DNA of 64,000 nucleotides. Origin: an uncultured Methanosarcinales archaeon (GTDB lineage: Archaea > Nanobdellota > Nanobdellia > Woesearchaeales > JAGLXL01). How positions within the stretch are numbered: position 1 is the stretch's first letter; each line of letters begins with the position of its first letter. The stretch lies in contig CAYLKE010000006.1 of NCBI GenBank assembly GCA_964384425.1, positions 15,174-79,173 of the forward strand. Reading direction: 5' to 3'. Positions 26,398 through 35,016 of this stretch are shown here, in pieces. The position numbers were made by a program, and so were the translations under genes. A model generated the notes under the pieces. The model made no database searches and was not told the DNA's origin. It saw only the letters and a program-made list of their open reading frames with translations.

Positions 26398-27393
26398 ATG
26401 CTATGGGTGATAGTCTTTTGGGTTGTAGTGTTTGTTTTATCTCTTTTTGTTCTATTAAAAGCAGCAGATTTTTTCACAAATGCAGCTGAGAAAATAGGTA
26501 TAAGTTTAGGAATTCCTCCTTTTATTGTTGGAGTCACCATAGTTAGTATAGGAACATCTCTTCCAGAATTAATTTCTTCTATTTTTGCAGTTATAAATGG
26601 GGCTTCTGAGATGGTGACAGCAAATGTATTTGGTTCAAATATAGCAAATGTGTTTTTAGTTTTAGGTATTGCTGCAATTGTTGGAAAAAAACTTCCAATA
26701 GGATATGAGCTTAAGCATGTTGATCTCCCTTATTTAGTGGGATCTAGTCTTTTACTGGTATTTTTTTGTTGGGATGGAGTTTTTAATTTTTATGAAGGAA
26801 TAGTAAGTTTATTTTTATTGGTGGTATATATTATTTATACTATAAATGTTGAAAAGAAATCTTCTAGTGATGATAGTTTAAAAAAGAAAGTTGAAAAAAG
26901 TGTAAAAGAGGATGTTGCTAAGGGATTAAGAAGACAAAAGATAAAAAAGAGATTAATAAATATTATTATATTGGGAGTAAGTGCAATTTTTATCTATTTT
27001 GGAGCAAAATACACTGTTGAATCAGTTATAAGAATATCTGATTTAACTAATTTTTCAAAAGAAATTATATCTGCATCAGCAATTGCATTTGGAACATCTT
27101 TACCAGAATTAGTTGTTAGTGTTAAGGCAGCTATGAAAGGAAACGCAGGTATAGCAGTAGGAAATGTTTTGGGATCAAATATATTTAATGCATTTGCTGT
27201 AATGGGAATACCTTCTTTTATATCTTCTTTAACAATATCTGACAAAATGATAAATTTAGGTATTCCATTTGTTGTTTTTTCAGCAGTTCTTTATTTCTTT
27301 GCAACTCAAGATAAGAGAATAACTAGATGGGAAGGATGGTTGTTAGTTGTTTTTTATGTGGTATTTATTGCAAAAATGTTTAATATGTTCTAA
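26398..27393 (+). CDS. Ca2+/cation antiporter (CaCA family, Na+/Ca2+ exchanger-like)
   Basis: Two alpha-repeats, GTSLPELISSI and GTSLPELVVSV. About 10 TM helices with a central charged loop. Confidence 0.85.
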   Translation: MLWVIVFWVVVFVLSLFVLLKAADFFTNAAEKIGISLGIPPFIVGVTIVSIGTSLPELISSIFAVINGASEMVTANVFGSNIANVFLVLGIAAIVGKKLPIGYELKHVDLPYLVGSSLLLVFFCWDGVFNFYEGIVSLFLLVVYIIYTINVEKKSSSDDSLKKKVEKSVKEDVAKGLRRQKIKKRLINIIILGVSAIFIYFGAKYTVESVIRISDLTNFSKEIISASAIAFGTSLPELVVSVKAAMKGNAGIAVGNVLGSNIFNAFAVMGIPSFISSLTISDKMINLGIPFVVFSAVLYFFATQDKRITRWEGWLLVVFYVVFIAKMFNMF

Positions 27394-27432
27394 AATAACA
27401 AAATATATAATGTTAATTCACTTACTTCTATT

Positions 27433-28059
27433 ATGAAATTGATATCAATTGGTGCAGAAGCAAAGATTTTCTCAGAAGATGATATGATTATCAAAGAAAG
27501 AGTTAGTAAGGGATATAGGGTGGAAAAAGTTGATATAATGATACGTAAGAGAAGAACTAAAAGAGAGGCAAAAGTTATTGGGAAGTTAAATGATTTAAAA
27601 ATACCTTGTCCTAAATTAATTTCTGTTGAAAAGTTTTCTATTAAGATGAGCAATATCAATGGGTCTCGACTGCTGGATTATTTTTCTAAGAATCCTAAGA
27701 AGATTATTCCAATTTGTAAGGAAATTGGAGAACATGTTAGAGAAATGCATAAAGCAAGTATTATTCATGGAGATTTAACATTAAATAATCTAATATTTAC
27801 AGATAAAGTTAATTTTATAGATTTTGGATTAAGTTATTTTTCAGATAAGATAGAAGATAAGGCAACAGATCTTTATCTTTTAGGAAAATCATTAGAAATA
27901 TTTGATCCAAAAGGATTCAAAGAAGCTTTTAAGGCAGTTGTAATAGAATACATTGTTAGTAACAAGGAAGGAAAAAAGATTGTTAAAAGATTACATGAAA
28001 TTATGAAAAGAGGTAGACATAAACAAAAAAATGATTTGGATTTTTTGGAGGTATATTGA
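27433..28059 (+). CDS. bud32: Kae1-associated kinase Bud32 (KEOPS subunit)
   Basis: ..ISIGAEAKIF.., ..RKRRTKREAKVIGKL.., ..IIHGDLTLNNLIF..FIDFGLS..EDKATDLYLL.. RIO-like small kinase, 208 aa. Confidence 0.85.
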   Translation: MKLISIGAEAKIFSEDDMIIKERVSKGYRVEKVDIMIRKRRTKREAKVIGKLNDLKIPCPKLISVEKFSIKMSNINGSRLLDYFSKNPKKIIPICKEIGEHVREMHKASIIHGDLTLNNLIFTDKVNFIDFGLSYFSDKIEDKATDLYLLGKSLEIFDPKGFKEAFKAVVIEYIVSNKEGKKIVKRLHEIMKRGRHKQKNDLDFLEVY

Positions 28060-28550
28060 TGGAAATAAAAAATGTTGATACTGTAAAATATTATAATATT
28101 ACTCATGAATCTTACTTGATGTTATATAAACAAGAACAATTAGATAAGTTTTCTTATTTCGAACATTACATAATTGAGAAAGGAAAATTATTAGATGTTG
28201 GTGCTGGTCCAGGATTTTTTCAATATCCAAAGGAAGTTGATGTGTATGCAATTGATCCTTCTATGAACCTTTTGCAGTACAATCCTGCACTTAACAAGAA
28301 GGTAGCATATGCAGAAAAGATTCCTTATGAAGATAATATATTTGATCAAGTTGTTTCCGTAACCGCATGCCATCACTTTAAGCCAGAAGCGTTTGATGAA
28401 ATTAAAAGAGTGGGAAAAGGAAATTACATAATTACCGTTCTGAAAAGAGATCCAAATAGGAAAAAGTTCGTTGATATTATTGAGAAAAAGTTTAGAGTTA
28501 TTAAGAAGATAGATCATGACAAGGACGATATATTTGTGTTAGGGGATTGA
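28059..28550 (+). CDS. class I SAM-dependent methyltransferase
   Basis: Motif I LLDVGAGPGFF. The ATG overlaps the bud32 stop (TGATG). The track start at 28056 is TTG. Confidence 0.65.
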   Translation: MEIKNVDTVKYYNITHESYLMLYKQEQLDKFSYFEHYIIEKGKLLDVGAGPGFFQYPKEVDVYAIDPSMNLLQYNPALNKKVAYAEKIPYEDNIFDQVVSVTACHHFKPEAFDEIKRVGKGNYIITVLKRDPNRKKFVDIIEKKFRVIKKIDHDKDDIFVLGD

Positions 28551-28565
28551 ATTAAAAAAAGAAAA

Positions 28566-30026
28566 TCAATAACTCTTCCCAAAATACATCCAATACTTAG
28601 CTTCTTTTCCACATGCAACACATTTTCCATCAAGTTGTGGTTGCTGAAGAGGCCTATTAAGTGTCTTAACACCAGATGACTTATCTTTGATATTGTCTTC
28701 GCATTCTGGATTTCCACAACTTCTTGCTAAAACAATTTTTTTATTTTCAATTGCTTTAACTAATTCATCCCATGTATCTGCCTTTACAATATTTTTATGT
28801 AAATTATCATAAGCTTTTTCATATAGGGATTTATGTATATCCTTTAAAACTTCTTCTGCTTTTTCTTTTACTTCAGATATCTTTACAGGAATTTTCTCTC
28901 CATTATCTCTTCTAACTAAAACAACATTTCCAACACCTAAGTCACGAGGACCGATTTCAATCCTCAAAGGAACACCTTTTAACTCCCATTCATAATATTT
29001 GCTTCCTGGCCTTACATAATCCCTATCATCTAAAACCACTCTAAAATCATTTAATATCTCTTTTACTTCTTTTGCTTTTTCTAAAATTTCTGGATTTTTT
29101 TCAAATAATATTGGTGTTATAACAATTTGTTCAGGTGCTATCCATGGAGGGTTAACTAATCCTTTATCATCCCCATGCATTAAAAACATTACTCCCAACA
29201 TTCTAGTTGTGATTGCCCAAGTATTTTGCCATGCGTATTTTTCTTTTTCATCTTTGTCTAAGAATTTAATATCATATGCTTTTGCAAAGTTTTGCCCATC
29301 AAAATGTGCATCAGGACCTTGAATTGCTTTTCCATTAGGTAATAAACATTCTGTTGACATTGTATATTCTGCACCAGCAAACTTTTCTTTTTCACTTTTA
29401 TACCCTATCAAACAAGGCAATGCCATAACATCTTTCATAACTTTTTCATACATTTCAATTATATCATGCGTCTCAGCAATTGCTTCTTCTTTTGTTGCAA
29501 AAACAGTGTGTCCTTCATTCCATAAAAATTCTCTTCCTCTTAAAAATGGGACAGCATGTTTAAATTCCCATCTAACAACATTGTTCCATTGATTTAATTT
29601 TAAAGGCAAATCTCTCCAACTTCTTATCCATTTACTATATGAATCATACATAATTGCTTCAGATGTAGGACGAACAGCTAATCTTTCATTTAATTTACTA
29701 TCGCCTGTTTCTGTGACCCATGCAACTTCTGGAGTAAAGCCTTCAACATGATCTGCTTCTTTGGATAATAATTTTTCAGGTATAAACAATGGAAAATATG
29801 CATTTTTAACTCCTAGTTTTTTTATTTCTTTATCAACTGCACATCTTAACATTTCCCACATTTCATAAGATCTGGGCCTATAAACAATACAACCTGATAC
29901 TGCTGTGTAATCTGCTAATTCTGCCCGTAACATTACTTCCTGATACCATTCACTAGTATTTTCTTTTTTTGGCAATGTTTTTACATCATCTTTCTTTTTT
30001 CTTATTGTATTGTTTTTTTCTTCCAT
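28566..30026 (-). CDS. proS: prolyl-tRNA synthetase (archaeal/eukaryotic type)
   Basis: Class II motifs (..AVRPTSE.., ..FLRGREFLWNEGHT.., ..GAEYTMS..), anticodon-binding domain, and a C-terminal Zn-binding domain ending ..CVACGKEAKYWMYFGKSY. ATG at 30026 preferred over the GTG at 30035. Confidence 0.92.
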   Translation of the reverse strand: MEEKNNTIRKKKDDVKTLPKKENTSEWYQEVMLRAELADYTAVSGCIVYRPRSYEMWEMLRCAVDKEIKKLGVKNAYFPLFIPEKLLSKEADHVEGFTPEVAWVTETGDSKLNERLAVRPTSEAIMYDSYSKWIRSWRDLPLKLNQWNNVVRWEFKHAVPFLRGREFLWNEGHTVFATKEEAIAETHDIIEMYEKVMKDVMALPCLIGYKSEKEKFAGAEYTMSTECLLPNGKAIQGPDAHFDGQNFAKAYDIKFLDKDEKEKYAWQNTWAITTRMLGVMFLMHGDDKGLVNPPWIAPEQIVITPILFEKNPEILEKAKEVKEILNDFRVVLDDRDYVRPGSKYYEWELKGVPLRIEIGPRDLGVGNVVLVRRDNGEKIPVKISEVKEKAEEVLKDIHKSLYEKAYDNLHKNIVKADTWDELVKAIENKKIVLARSCGNPECEDNIKDKSSGVKTLNRPLQQPQLDGKCVACGKEAKYWMYFGKSY

Positions 30027-30209
30027 ATTTAACACCTTATTATCTAATATATTGTTTGATAAAGCAAAAACTTATTAAAATTTTGTGGAATTTAAGTATA
30101 AAAGAGGTTGTGGAGCCCTTTACAGGGCTTCACTAGACTTACTTATTATGATAGACAAAAGATTTATTTAATATAGTAAATTTATTTGGTCTTAAAAGGT
30201 ATTTATAAG

Positions 30210-31082
30210 ATGGAAGATATATTTAATAAAAAAAAGAGTGAAATAAAAAAAGAAGAAAAACTTCATGAAAAAAATATTTCTGAAAAACAATCTGAAGAAA
30301 AATTAAAAGAAGTTGAAAAAAATATTCAGATTGAGGATGTTGTAAGTACTGGTTCTTTAGAAAGTATAAGTAATATGGATGAAGAAGATGAACATCCTGA
30401 AGCACATGAAATTGATGACAATCAGAAAAAATCTCAAGCAAAAACAATTATTTATTTTTTAATAGGGATAATTGCAATAATTGGCATACTTGTCGCATTT
30501 AATTATTTAGCTGATTCTTTTTATGATGATGAACCTCTTACTATAGATGAGATGCATGAAGCCAATATAAATGGAGAACTTTCTTCTGAAATAGGGTATT
30601 TTTATAATGGACTTTCATTTGTTTTTTCAAATACCTTATGGAATACAAAAATACAGCATAATAATAAAATATATGATATTGGGATGCATTATGGGCCTAG
30701 GGAAGTTGAAAATGTAACTTTATATGGGGAAGTGAATGATAGTTTTATATCTCAAAAAGAACTTTATCTTGTTTACAATCCTTATGATGATAATTTGCAA
30801 AATCTTAATGTTGGATTTTCTGAAATGTCATTTAATCTTGTAAATACTTTCAAGAAACTTCCAAAAGCAGTATGCTCACAAAATCATTCTGCATGCGAAG
30901 GAGTCCCTATATTTAACTGTTCTAATAATAAAGAAAACCATATAATATCTTTTGAAACTACTGATGAAGATGCAGAAGTTTTCTTAGATGGAAATTGTAT
31001 ACATTTAAGGGGAAGAGAAAAAGAAATTATCCGTGCCACAAATCGTTTATTGTGGTGGTGGTATGATGTTATGGAAAATTAA
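30210..31082 (+). CDS. hypothetical membrane-anchored extracytoplasmic protein (paralogue of 11301..11861)
   Basis: Acidic N-terminus, one TM (IIYFLIGIIAIIGILVAF), and a Cys-containing C-terminal block shared with 11301..11861. Confidence 0.6.
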   Translation: MEDIFNKKKSEIKKEEKLHEKNISEKQSEEKLKEVEKNIQIEDVVSTGSLESISNMDEEDEHPEAHEIDDNQKKSQAKTIIYFLIGIIAIIGILVAFNYLADSFYDDEPLTIDEMHEANINGELSSEIGYFYNGLSFVFSNTLWNTKIQHNNKIYDIGMHYGPREVENVTLYGEVNDSFISQKELYLVYNPYDDNLQNLNVGFSEMSFNLVNTFKKLPKAVCSQNHSACEGVPIFNCSNNKENHIISFETTDEDAEVFLDGNCIHLRGREKEIIRATNRLLWWWYDVMEN

Positions 31083-31083
31083 A

Positions 31084-31539
31084 ATGTTTAAATATATTTT
31101 TTATACTATTTTATTAACAATAGCTCCTTTTAGTGAATTAAGAGGGGGCATGACTTATGGATTACTGATGGGTTTACAGCCCCAATGGGTTTTTGTGTTA
31201 TGTTTTTTTGCAAATATAATTATAGTTCCTATTGTCTATCTTTTTTATCATAAATTGATACATTATTTTTTATTTGTACCTTTTGTAAAAAGACTTTATG
31301 ATCGTGTTGTCATAAAAACACAAAAAAAAGTTCAGAAATATGTTGATAAATGGGGAGTAATAGGATTAACATTATTTATCGCAATACCTCTTCCAGGAAG
31401 TGGAATTTATAGCGGTATTTTAGGAGGATACCTATTAGGGATGAGAAAAAGAGATATTTTTCCAGCAGCATTTTTTGGAACATTATTAGCAGCTGTTGCT
31501 GTTTACATAATTGTAACAAGTTCTATGAGTGTTTTTTAA
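31084..31539 (+). CDS. small multidrug-export-like membrane protein (COG2426 family)
   Basis: ..IAPFSELRGGMTYGLLMGL.. near the N-terminus and 4 TM helices. The ATG lies 2 nt after the previous stop. Confidence 0.5.
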   Translation: MFKYIFYTILLTIAPFSELRGGMTYGLLMGLQPQWVFVLCFFANIIIVPIVYLFYHKLIHYFLFVPFVKRLYDRVVIKTQKKVQKYVDKWGVIGLTLFIAIPLPGSGIYSGILGGYLLGMRKRDIFPAAFFGTLLAAVAVYIIVTSSMSVF

Positions 31540-31604
31540 GAAAGTTTTATTAATATGCTTTCTTAGTTTATCATATTATTACAAAAATTAATGAGGTGAT
31601 ATAA

Positions 31605-31805
31605 ATGGTAGAAAAAAAAGCATTAGATTGGATAGCTATTGTCCTAGTTATTATCGGTGGTTTAAACTGGGGATTAGTTGGAATCAATAGAGGATGGGAC
31701 TTAGTAAACTTAATTCTTGGAGGTATTCCTTGGTTAGCAAGTATTGTTTACATATTAGTGGGTCTTTCAGCAGCATATCTAATCTATTATGTATCTAAAG
31801 AATAA
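31605..31805 (+). CDS. DUF378-family small membrane protein
   Basis: ..ALDWIAIVLVIIGGLNWGLVGI..IVYILVGLSAAYL.. is the characteristic DUF378 pattern. 66 aa. Confidence 0.7.
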   Translation: MVEKKALDWIAIVLVIIGGLNWGLVGINRGWDLVNLILGGIPWLASIVYILVGLSAAYLIYYVSKE

Positions 31806-31940
31806 ACAATTTAATTTATTTTTTTATTTTTATTTTTTTATTAATCTAAACAAATTTTTTGATTCTATAATTTTTCCAAACATATCAGCAAATACTGTTG
31901 GCTTTCTTAGTTTTTATTATATAAAAGTTGCTTAAATCAC

Positions 31941-31981
31941 CACTGGACACACTGGACAGGTCCCTGTGCGGCATTTAAATA
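31941..31981 (+). promoter_or_regulatory. candidate operator plus TATA box of the 32065-radA transcription unit
   Basis: Tandem 9-mers CACTGGACA-CACTGGACA (31941..31958), inverted repeat ACAGG-TC-CCTGT (31956..31967), then TTTAAATA (31974..31981). Confidence 0.4.
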
Positions 31982-32064
31982 CCCTTTCTGTTTAATATAC
32001 CTTACCCCATTGGCAAAAACATCGCCAAATGAAATAAAATGCGAAAGCAAGGAGGTGCATAAAA

Positions 32065-32325
32065 ATGCAACAAAATAAAATAAATAAAACACAAGTACAC
32101 AACACACCTGAAATGAAATTCAGGGCAGGGCCAGTAAGTGCCACAGTCTGGAATAATCCAGGAAAAGAAGACACTACATTCCAAACAATTACTTTGGAAA
32201 GAAGTTACAAAGACAAAGAAGGAAACTGGCAAAACACAGGAGTTCTAAGAGTAGGAGATTTGCCAAAAGCAAGAGTGTTATTAGAAAAAGCATATGAACA
32301 TATTGTTCTAAAACAAAATAATTAA
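32065..32325 (+). CDS. small protein, possible PC4/YdbC-like single-stranded-DNA-binding fold
   Basis: ..RAGPVSATVWNN..FQTITLERSYKDKEGNWQNTGVLRVGDLPKARVLLEKAYEHI.. has a beta-sheet-then-helix pattern like PC4-type proteins. GGAGGTG SD 7 nt upstream. radA follows after 26 nt. Confidence 0.35.
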   Translation: MQQNKINKTQVHNTPEMKFRAGPVSATVWNNPGKEDTTFQTITLERSYKDKEGNWQNTGVLRVGDLPKARVLLEKAYEHIVLKQNN

Positions 32326-32351
32326 ATATATTAAAAAGGAGGTATATTAAA

Positions 32352-33281
32352 ATGACTGAACAATTATTAAACTTACCTGGTGTTGGAGCTGCAACAGCAG
32401 ACAAATTATCCTCTAATGGATATGACGATTTAATGTCAATAGCTGTGGCATCGCCTGGCGAAATTACAGACTCTACAGGTGTTACAGAAGCAGCTGCTAG
32501 AAAAATAATAAATGCTGCACGAGATTCACTTGATATGGGATTTGAAACTGGTGATAAAGTTCTTGAAAGAAGAAAATCTGTTAAAAAAGTAACATTAACT
32601 GCAGAAAGCATAAACCAACTTTTAGGTGGTGGATTCGAATCTGGGGCTATAACTGAATGTTTTGGAGAATTTGGTAGTTCTAAAACACAGATTGCTCATG
32701 CATTAGCTGTATCTGTACAAAAAGATGATCCTGAAGCAAAAGTAGTATATATTGATACAGAAAATACATTTCGTCCTGAAAGAATAGGTCAATTTGCTGA
32801 AGGAATGGGATTAGAAACTTCCAGAGTACTTAACAATATAATGGTTGCAAGAGCATACAATAGCGACCATCAAATGTTATTAGCAGATAAAGTTAATGAT
32901 ATTGTTAAAGAAGGAAATAACATAAAAGTTGTTATTGTTGATTCTTTAACTGCTCATTTTAGGGCTGAATTTATTGGAAGAGGAACTCTAGCTGAAAGAC
33001 AGCAAAAGCTAAATAAACACATGCATACATTACTTAGATTGGCAGATGCACATAATATCTGTGTATATGTAACAAACCAAGTAATGTCCAAACCAGATAT
33101 GTTTTTTGGAGATCCAACAGCAGCAATTGGAGGACACGTTGTAGCACACGCATCAACTTTCAGAATCTATCTTAGAAAAGGTAAGAAAGGAACAAGAGTT
33201 GCAAAACTTGTTGATTCTCCTAACTTACCTGAAGGTGAAGCAGTGTTTATTGTTAAAGAAGATGGTATCTTTGATAACTAA
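32352..33281 (+). CDS. radA: DNA repair and recombination protein RadA
   Basis: N-terminal HhH domain LPGVGAATADKL, Walker A GEFGSSKTQ, Walker B VVIVDSLTAHFR, and ..GGHVVAHAST.. Confidence 0.95.
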   Translation: MTEQLLNLPGVGAATADKLSSNGYDDLMSIAVASPGEITDSTGVTEAAARKIINAARDSLDMGFETGDKVLERRKSVKKVTLTAESINQLLGGGFESGAITECFGEFGSSKTQIAHALAVSVQKDDPEAKVVYIDTENTFRPERIGQFAEGMGLETSRVLNNIMVARAYNSDHQMLLADKVNDIVKEGNNIKVVIVDSLTAHFRAEFIGRGTLAERQQKLNKHMHTLLRLADAHNICVYVTNQVMSKPDMFFGDPTAAIGGHVVAHASTFRIYLRKGKKGTRVAKLVDSPNLPEGEAVFIVKEDGIFDN

Positions 33282-33303
33282 TTCTTTTTTTCTTTTATTT
33301 TTT
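33282..33303 (+). terminator. oligo-T tract after radA (archaeal intrinsic termination candidate)
   Basis: TTCTTTTTTTCTTTTATTTTTT lies directly after the radA stop codon. Confidence 0.35.
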
Positions 33304-33314
33304 AGAAATATTTA

Positions 33315-33332
33315 TATATAACTGGTTATATA
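33315..33332. promoter_or_regulatory. 18-bp palindrome overlapping the TATA region of the toxin-antitoxin operon (candidate antitoxin operator)
   Basis: TATATAAC-TG-GTTATATA is a perfect inverted repeat, 21 nt upstream of the antitoxin ATG. Confidence 0.45.
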
Positions 33333-33352
33333 TTAACTATAGGTGACATATA

Positions 33353-33577
33353 ATGCCAGTTACAACAATACAATTAGATAAATCAACAGTAAATAGTTTA
33401 AAATCAATAAGAAATTATCCTAGACAAACTTACAATGATTTAATTAATAGACTAATAAAAATCTATAAAAAATTAAAAATGAAAAATCAATATGATGAAT
33501 TTTTACATAAAATACAACAATCTAAAATGAAAGAACTTTGGAATAATGAGGAAGACGATGCTTGGGAAAACGCTTAA
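33353..33577 (+). CDS. type II antitoxin candidate (ribbon-helix-helix-like N-terminus)
   Basis: 74 aa. MPVTTIQLDKSTVNSLKSIRNYPRQTYNDLINRLIK has an RHH-like strand-helix-helix pattern. The tail is acidic. It overlaps the downstream toxin ORF. Confidence 0.5.
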   Translation: MPVTTIQLDKSTVNSLKSIRNYPRQTYNDLINRLIKIYKKLKMKNQYDEFLHKIQQSKMKELWNNEEDDAWENA

Positions 33578-33884
33578 ATCAGGAGATGTAATATTAACAA
33601 AAATTCAATTTATTGATACTTTTGAAGTTAAAGTAAGACCTGCTTTAATTCTTTTTGAAGAATTTGACAATATTGTTGTTGCAGGAATAACTAGCAATAA
33701 AAATATGCAAGGAATACCTTTGACAAAAAAAGAAGGTGCAATTAAAGACAGTATTATTAAACTGAATTATATTTTTACAATATCTAAATTAATGATTTCT
33801 AAGAAATTATTTTCTTTAAAGAAAGATAAAAAGAAACTGGTCTTTGATGAGTTTACTAAAAGAATTAATCGTTTAAATAATTAA
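33546..33884 (+). CDS. PemK/MazF-family toxin (endoribonuclease) candidate
   Basis: ..KSGDVILTKIQFIDTFEVKVRPALILFEE..NIVVAGITSN.. follows the MazF/PemK pattern GDI..v.f......K.RPa.vl......v.piTs. An alternative ATG lies at 33558. Confidence 0.55.
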   Translation: MRKTMLGKTLKSGDVILTKIQFIDTFEVKVRPALILFEEFDNIVVAGITSNKNMQGIPLTKKEGAIKDSIIKLNYIFTISKLMISKKLFSLKKDKKKLVFDEFTKRINRLNN

Positions 33885-33893
33885 AAAAAAGAA

Positions 33894-34484
33894 TTATTTC
33901 TCTTTAACTTCCACAGAATTAAATCCTAAATCTTTCATGTGTTTTTCTAAGAAAGGTTTAGCAGCAGAAATTAATTTCTTATCTGCTTTGAAAACAATTT
34001 TATCTCCTTCTAAATCATCTAATTCCACAGATTGAATCTTATAATGTTCTAGATATTTTTGAACAATTTCTTTTTTATCATCAATAACTTTTGTTATTTT
34101 AACTTTATAATTTACTTTATGTCCAGAAAAAGGATGATTAAAATCAACTACAACTCTTCCCCCACTTGCTCTTTGAACTCTTCCAACCATTCCATCAACA
34201 TTTACTTCTAATCCTGGAATCGGATTTATATTGAATTTTTTAAATTGTGACATGGGAATTAGTTTAGTTAATTTTGGGTTTCTATCTCCAAAAGCTTCTT
34301 TTGGAAGAAGATCAACTGAATATTCTTCTCCTATTTTCTTTCCAACAAATGAATCATCTAAACCTTGAATCATCCAATTCTTACCAACTAAAGTATATGC
34401 TTTCTCTGTTTTTCTATTGATCATTAGACCATTATCTAATTTTCCATCTAATTCAAGCTCAATAAAATCTCCTTGTTTTATCAT
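33894..34484 (-). CDS. FKBP-type peptidyl-prolyl cis-trans isomerase (SlyD-like, with IF insert)
   Basis: ..GKKIGEEYSVDLLPKEAFG.. and ..GGRVVVDFNHPFSGHKVNYKVKITKV.. are typical archaeal short-FKBP blocks. Confidence 0.75.
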   Translation of the reverse strand: MIKQGDFIELELDGKLDNGLMINRKTEKAYTLVGKNWMIQGLDDSFVGKKIGEEYSVDLLPKEAFGDRNPKLTKLIPMSQFKKFNINPIPGLEVNVDGMVGRVQRASGGRVVVDFNHPFSGHKVNYKVKITKVIDDKKEIVQKYLEHYKIQSVELDDLEGDKIVFKADKKLISAAKPFLEKHMKDLGFNSVEVKEK

Positions 34485-34939
34485 TTTTTATTTGGTTCTT
34501 TTTCAGATTTTCTCTCAGTTTTATTATCTGATTCATTTTTTACAAATCTTGGCATTCTCACAGGAGGAGGTAGTCCAAGATCATCTGCAACTTTTATAGC
34601 AAAAATATTTCCTTTACTTAATGCTGCATTAAGAACTTTTTCCATTAATTCATAATTAATCTTTTTCTCTTTATCCCATTGGTTTTTTACTTTTTCAATT
34701 TCTTCTTTTTTGTCAATATGTATTACAACACCATTTAACTTTATGAAACTTTCATTTGGCATATATTTACAATTATATTCGTAATGAAATGCAATTCCTT
34801 TACTATCATCATTACCCAAACTGACATCTTTTATTTCTAAGTCTTTTAAGGAAATATTGTTGTTTATGTTCTGAATTCCTTTTTTATTAGTACTTTTTTC
34901 TATATTTATTTTATCAATACTTACACCTATTATTGCCAT
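34481..34939 (-). CDS. hypothetical protein (translationally coupled to the FKBP gene, 4-nt overlap)
   Basis: ORF only. ATG at 34939 preferred over the GTG at 34948. Confidence 0.5.
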   Translation of the reverse strand: MAIIGVSIDKINIEKSTNKKGIQNINNNISLKDLEIKDVSLGNDDSKGIAFHYEYNCKYMPNESFIKLNGVVIHIDKKEEIEKVKNQWDKEKKINYELMEKVLNAALSKGNIFAIKVADDLGLPPPVRMPRFVKNESDNKTERKSEKEPNKK

Positions 34940-35016
34940 TGTATGCACCTCATATTTATATGTTATACATATTATTAAAAAAACGTTTATAAATTTTTAT
35001 GTATTTTACATATAAT

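Noticed and set aside
31992-32232. Two minus-strand ORFs (60 and 76 aa), and the 140-aa ORF 32189..32611.
   Set aside because: They overlap the promoter/leader and coding sequence of the PC4-like gene and radA in antisense, and have Cys/Phe-rich nonsense composition. The plus-strand genes have SD sites and recognisable products.
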